Position numbers and translations under genes: made by a program. The notes beneath the pieces were generated by a model. That model did no database searches. It was not told the DNA's origin and worked only from the letters and a program-made list of their open reading frames with translations. A stretch of DNA of 64,000 nt from Amphiscolops sp. MND2022 (Eukaryota), in assembly GCA_964187785.1 (NCBI GenBank), contig OZ076409.1, forward strand, positions 22,508,001 through 22,572,000. Direction: 5' to 3'. How positions within the stretch are numbered: the first letter of the stretch is position 1; each line of letters begins with the position of its first letter. Positions 62,101 through 64,000 of the stretch are shown piece by piece.

Positions 62101-63008
62101 AAACATCAGACGACCCGCCAGGCAAATCACCCATAACAGTGAATACGTCCCCCTCCTGAGGTAAGGGAGTCTGCGCTAAAAACAACACGCAGTAACTACA
62201 AAGTTCTGGACCACAACAATGAAACCAATATACGAACTACCTACCTTCATCGTCTCCACCAAGGACGCCGGAGAAACCAAGTCCAGGACTGTCATCGGAG
62301 CTCAACACATCAGTGCGCACCCGCTTTGTTGAGCCACTCGGAACAGCTGAGAGCAGACGCTTAGTGCGACGTGAACCGACATTGCCAACAGCCGAAGAAG
62401 GGGTGAAATCCTCATCACTTGGATCATCTGAGAGCCCTAAGGAAACAGAGGTAGATGAAATGACGCATCTGCATCAAAACTGTTAACTAGCAAATAACAA
62501 ATAGCTAAGCAACCTACCTGATTGTTCCAATAGATAATCCAGTTCATGGCGAGCATCACAGCTGGAAGAATGGACAGACCCAGCATCGTCGTCACGACGA
62601 GCAGAACTGTCTCCAGGGGGAGCAACACCGGAATTCCTATCACTTTCGTCACCAGAACTGTCGTCTGTATCAATCTCGCCTAAACCAGCAACTTTACGGG
62701 ACACAGGAACTAGCAGGGACCACATCGCCCAATTCACCCTCAAACTGAATTTCTCTTCTCTCTTCCACAACGACCAACCGATCGTCAGGAGGCGACTCAA
62801 CACCAGCACATACCTCATCGACAGCCCTACTAACAGCACTCTGTTCTGTTGCCCCGGGGACATCAACAATTTGACTAGCCTCAGTTTCCACAGTCGCATC
62901 TCCTGTATCGACTCGCTTCCCTCCCAGAGACTCACCCTCACTTTCCAAAATTCCAATCTGCTGCTACTGAGCAAAACGGACAGCATCCTCATCAGTAGAA
63001 TCTGTCAT
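59116..63008 (-). pseudogene. Element D antisense gene, a frameshifted homologue of the element C hAT-like gene
   Basis: FNCATCQKDISFLSRGAPEIWRHFSRKSHYLKDRRYRLDH; FLRECQGFLMEFL..SSLSCFSPDML..LFRDL..NEFKSLLIDLR; YPEV..ESYIS..FAPW. These are collinear with the C protein. Acidic N-terminus from ATG 63008; probable 5' introns (donors ~62518, ~62245, ~61746). Confidence 0.7.
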
Positions 63009-63339
63009 TTTTATCCGTTCAAAGCAATCTAAAAAAGGAAAAATAATCACCAAGATAAACCAACAGAAGACGTGGCGTAAAACCAACGAAACTATTAATA
63101 TGAAGTATTATTATTATGACGTAATGAAAATCATTCAGTCTGCCAGCTGAAAACTTTCTCAATCACGCGAGCGGCGTGAACAATATACGAGTAAAGGAAT
63201 TACCAGTTAAACGTTTCAACTACTCCCATTGCAGTTGACTACACAACTACCTTTATTACACAGCTAACTCTTAAATTGCTAGCAGCCTATTATTTCACAT
63301 AAGTTACTACTATTCACGCAATTACAATCAGAAGAAACA

Positions 63340-63984
63340 ATGCAGACACCAGAATTTGATTTATCTAGCGACTGCTTTATTCTGGATCGCGATGAGGACG
63401 AATACCTGAAATTACCTTAAGCTCAATCTACTCCTACTTTCAAACTATCTCTGCAGAACGGCTCCCCCCAGCCGAAATACATGATCTATATGAGATTATA
63501 AAGACTGAAGAAGAACATTTGGTTTTGCATCATGATACAGCACCAGTGACTATTCTATCTACGGCAAACGAAGACGGCCCGACTATTCGACGGTATACCA
63601 GGGACAACCCTGTGATTCAAGACGGCATAGAGATCAGTCCACCCCGAAATTACCGAGAGATGGACTGTTGGTTATTCGCCCCTAATAATGGAACAGTCAG
63701 CCAGCCCCATTTCGAGCCATTCTAGCTCAATTGGCTACTTTTCGGGGAGCGATTGGACGACCGACTTGTCTTGGCTATCATACGACTCTTTGATACAATC
63801 CGTTTTCCAACCGCCTATTTCATCCCCGTTCAGGCCGATTTCTCCACTTCCTCCCATACCGGACGTCCCTCAAGAAAGCCGGGGACTGTCGCGACCCCAA
63901 AGGTGTTACGGAATGCAAACAACAAAAGGAACGCCTGAAGAGAGAAGCAAGGAAATCGACCAGAGTAGGTCAGAAATGCCATAA
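63340..63984 (+). pseudogene. Element D 3' sense accessory ORF, disrupted, ending inside the 3' LTR
   Basis: ORF fragments from ATG 63340 to TAA 63984 cross the LTR edge at 63887; motif SDWTTD compares with SDWSTD in the element C ORF. Confidence 0.45.
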
Positions 63985-64000
63985 CAAACCTAAAAGGGAA
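63887..64000 (+). repeat. Element D 3' LTR (start only)
   Basis: Direct repeat of the sequence starting at 55313. Confidence 0.9.

Larger units (their letters stand above)
55313..64000 (+). mobile_element. Element D: non-autonomous (pol-deleted) relative of element C, truncated by the window end
   Basis: The LTR start TGTCGCGACCCCAAAGG at 55313 recurs at 63887; PBS at 57198; gag homologous to C; no RT or IN in the 6.7-kb interior. Confidence 0.88.

Overview
AT-rich eukaryotic (probably invertebrate animal) DNA, most of it nested LTR retrotransposons whose ends I mapped by eye from LTR pairs, TG..CA termini, primer-binding sites (PBS) and target-site duplications (TSD). (A) 8483-34128: an ~18-kb (net) Ty3/Gypsy element with 401-bp LTRs, CAAG TSD, gag-pol, a chuvirus-G-like class III fusion env and several accessory ORFs. 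(B) 21060-28782: a minus-strand BEL/Pao element (ATACC TSD) inserted into the env of A. (C) 35999-52016: a 16-kb Ty3/Gypsy element with 1.7-kb LTRs and CTTGA TSD. Its gag starts inside the LTR, pol follows an A_AAA_AAC -1 slippery site, and it carries an intact antisense five-exon gene (~1293 aa) resembling a catalytically eroded hAT transposase, plus a sense ORF ending inside the 3' LTR. (D) 55313 to beyond the window end: a distant, pol-less relative of C with a divergent homologue of that antisense gene. C sits in a probable solo LTR (35196-53401) that holds a hairpin-repeat array, and that nest lies in an intron of a PKC-like kinase pseudogene. The left end has a BEL relic, a carboxylesterase terminal exon and two TTAA-flanked piggyBac-like MITEs. 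The best candidate for an undescribed system is the C/D Gypsy lineage carrying a spliced, antisense, DNA-transposase-derived gene. All family assignments come from motif recognition; no searches were run.
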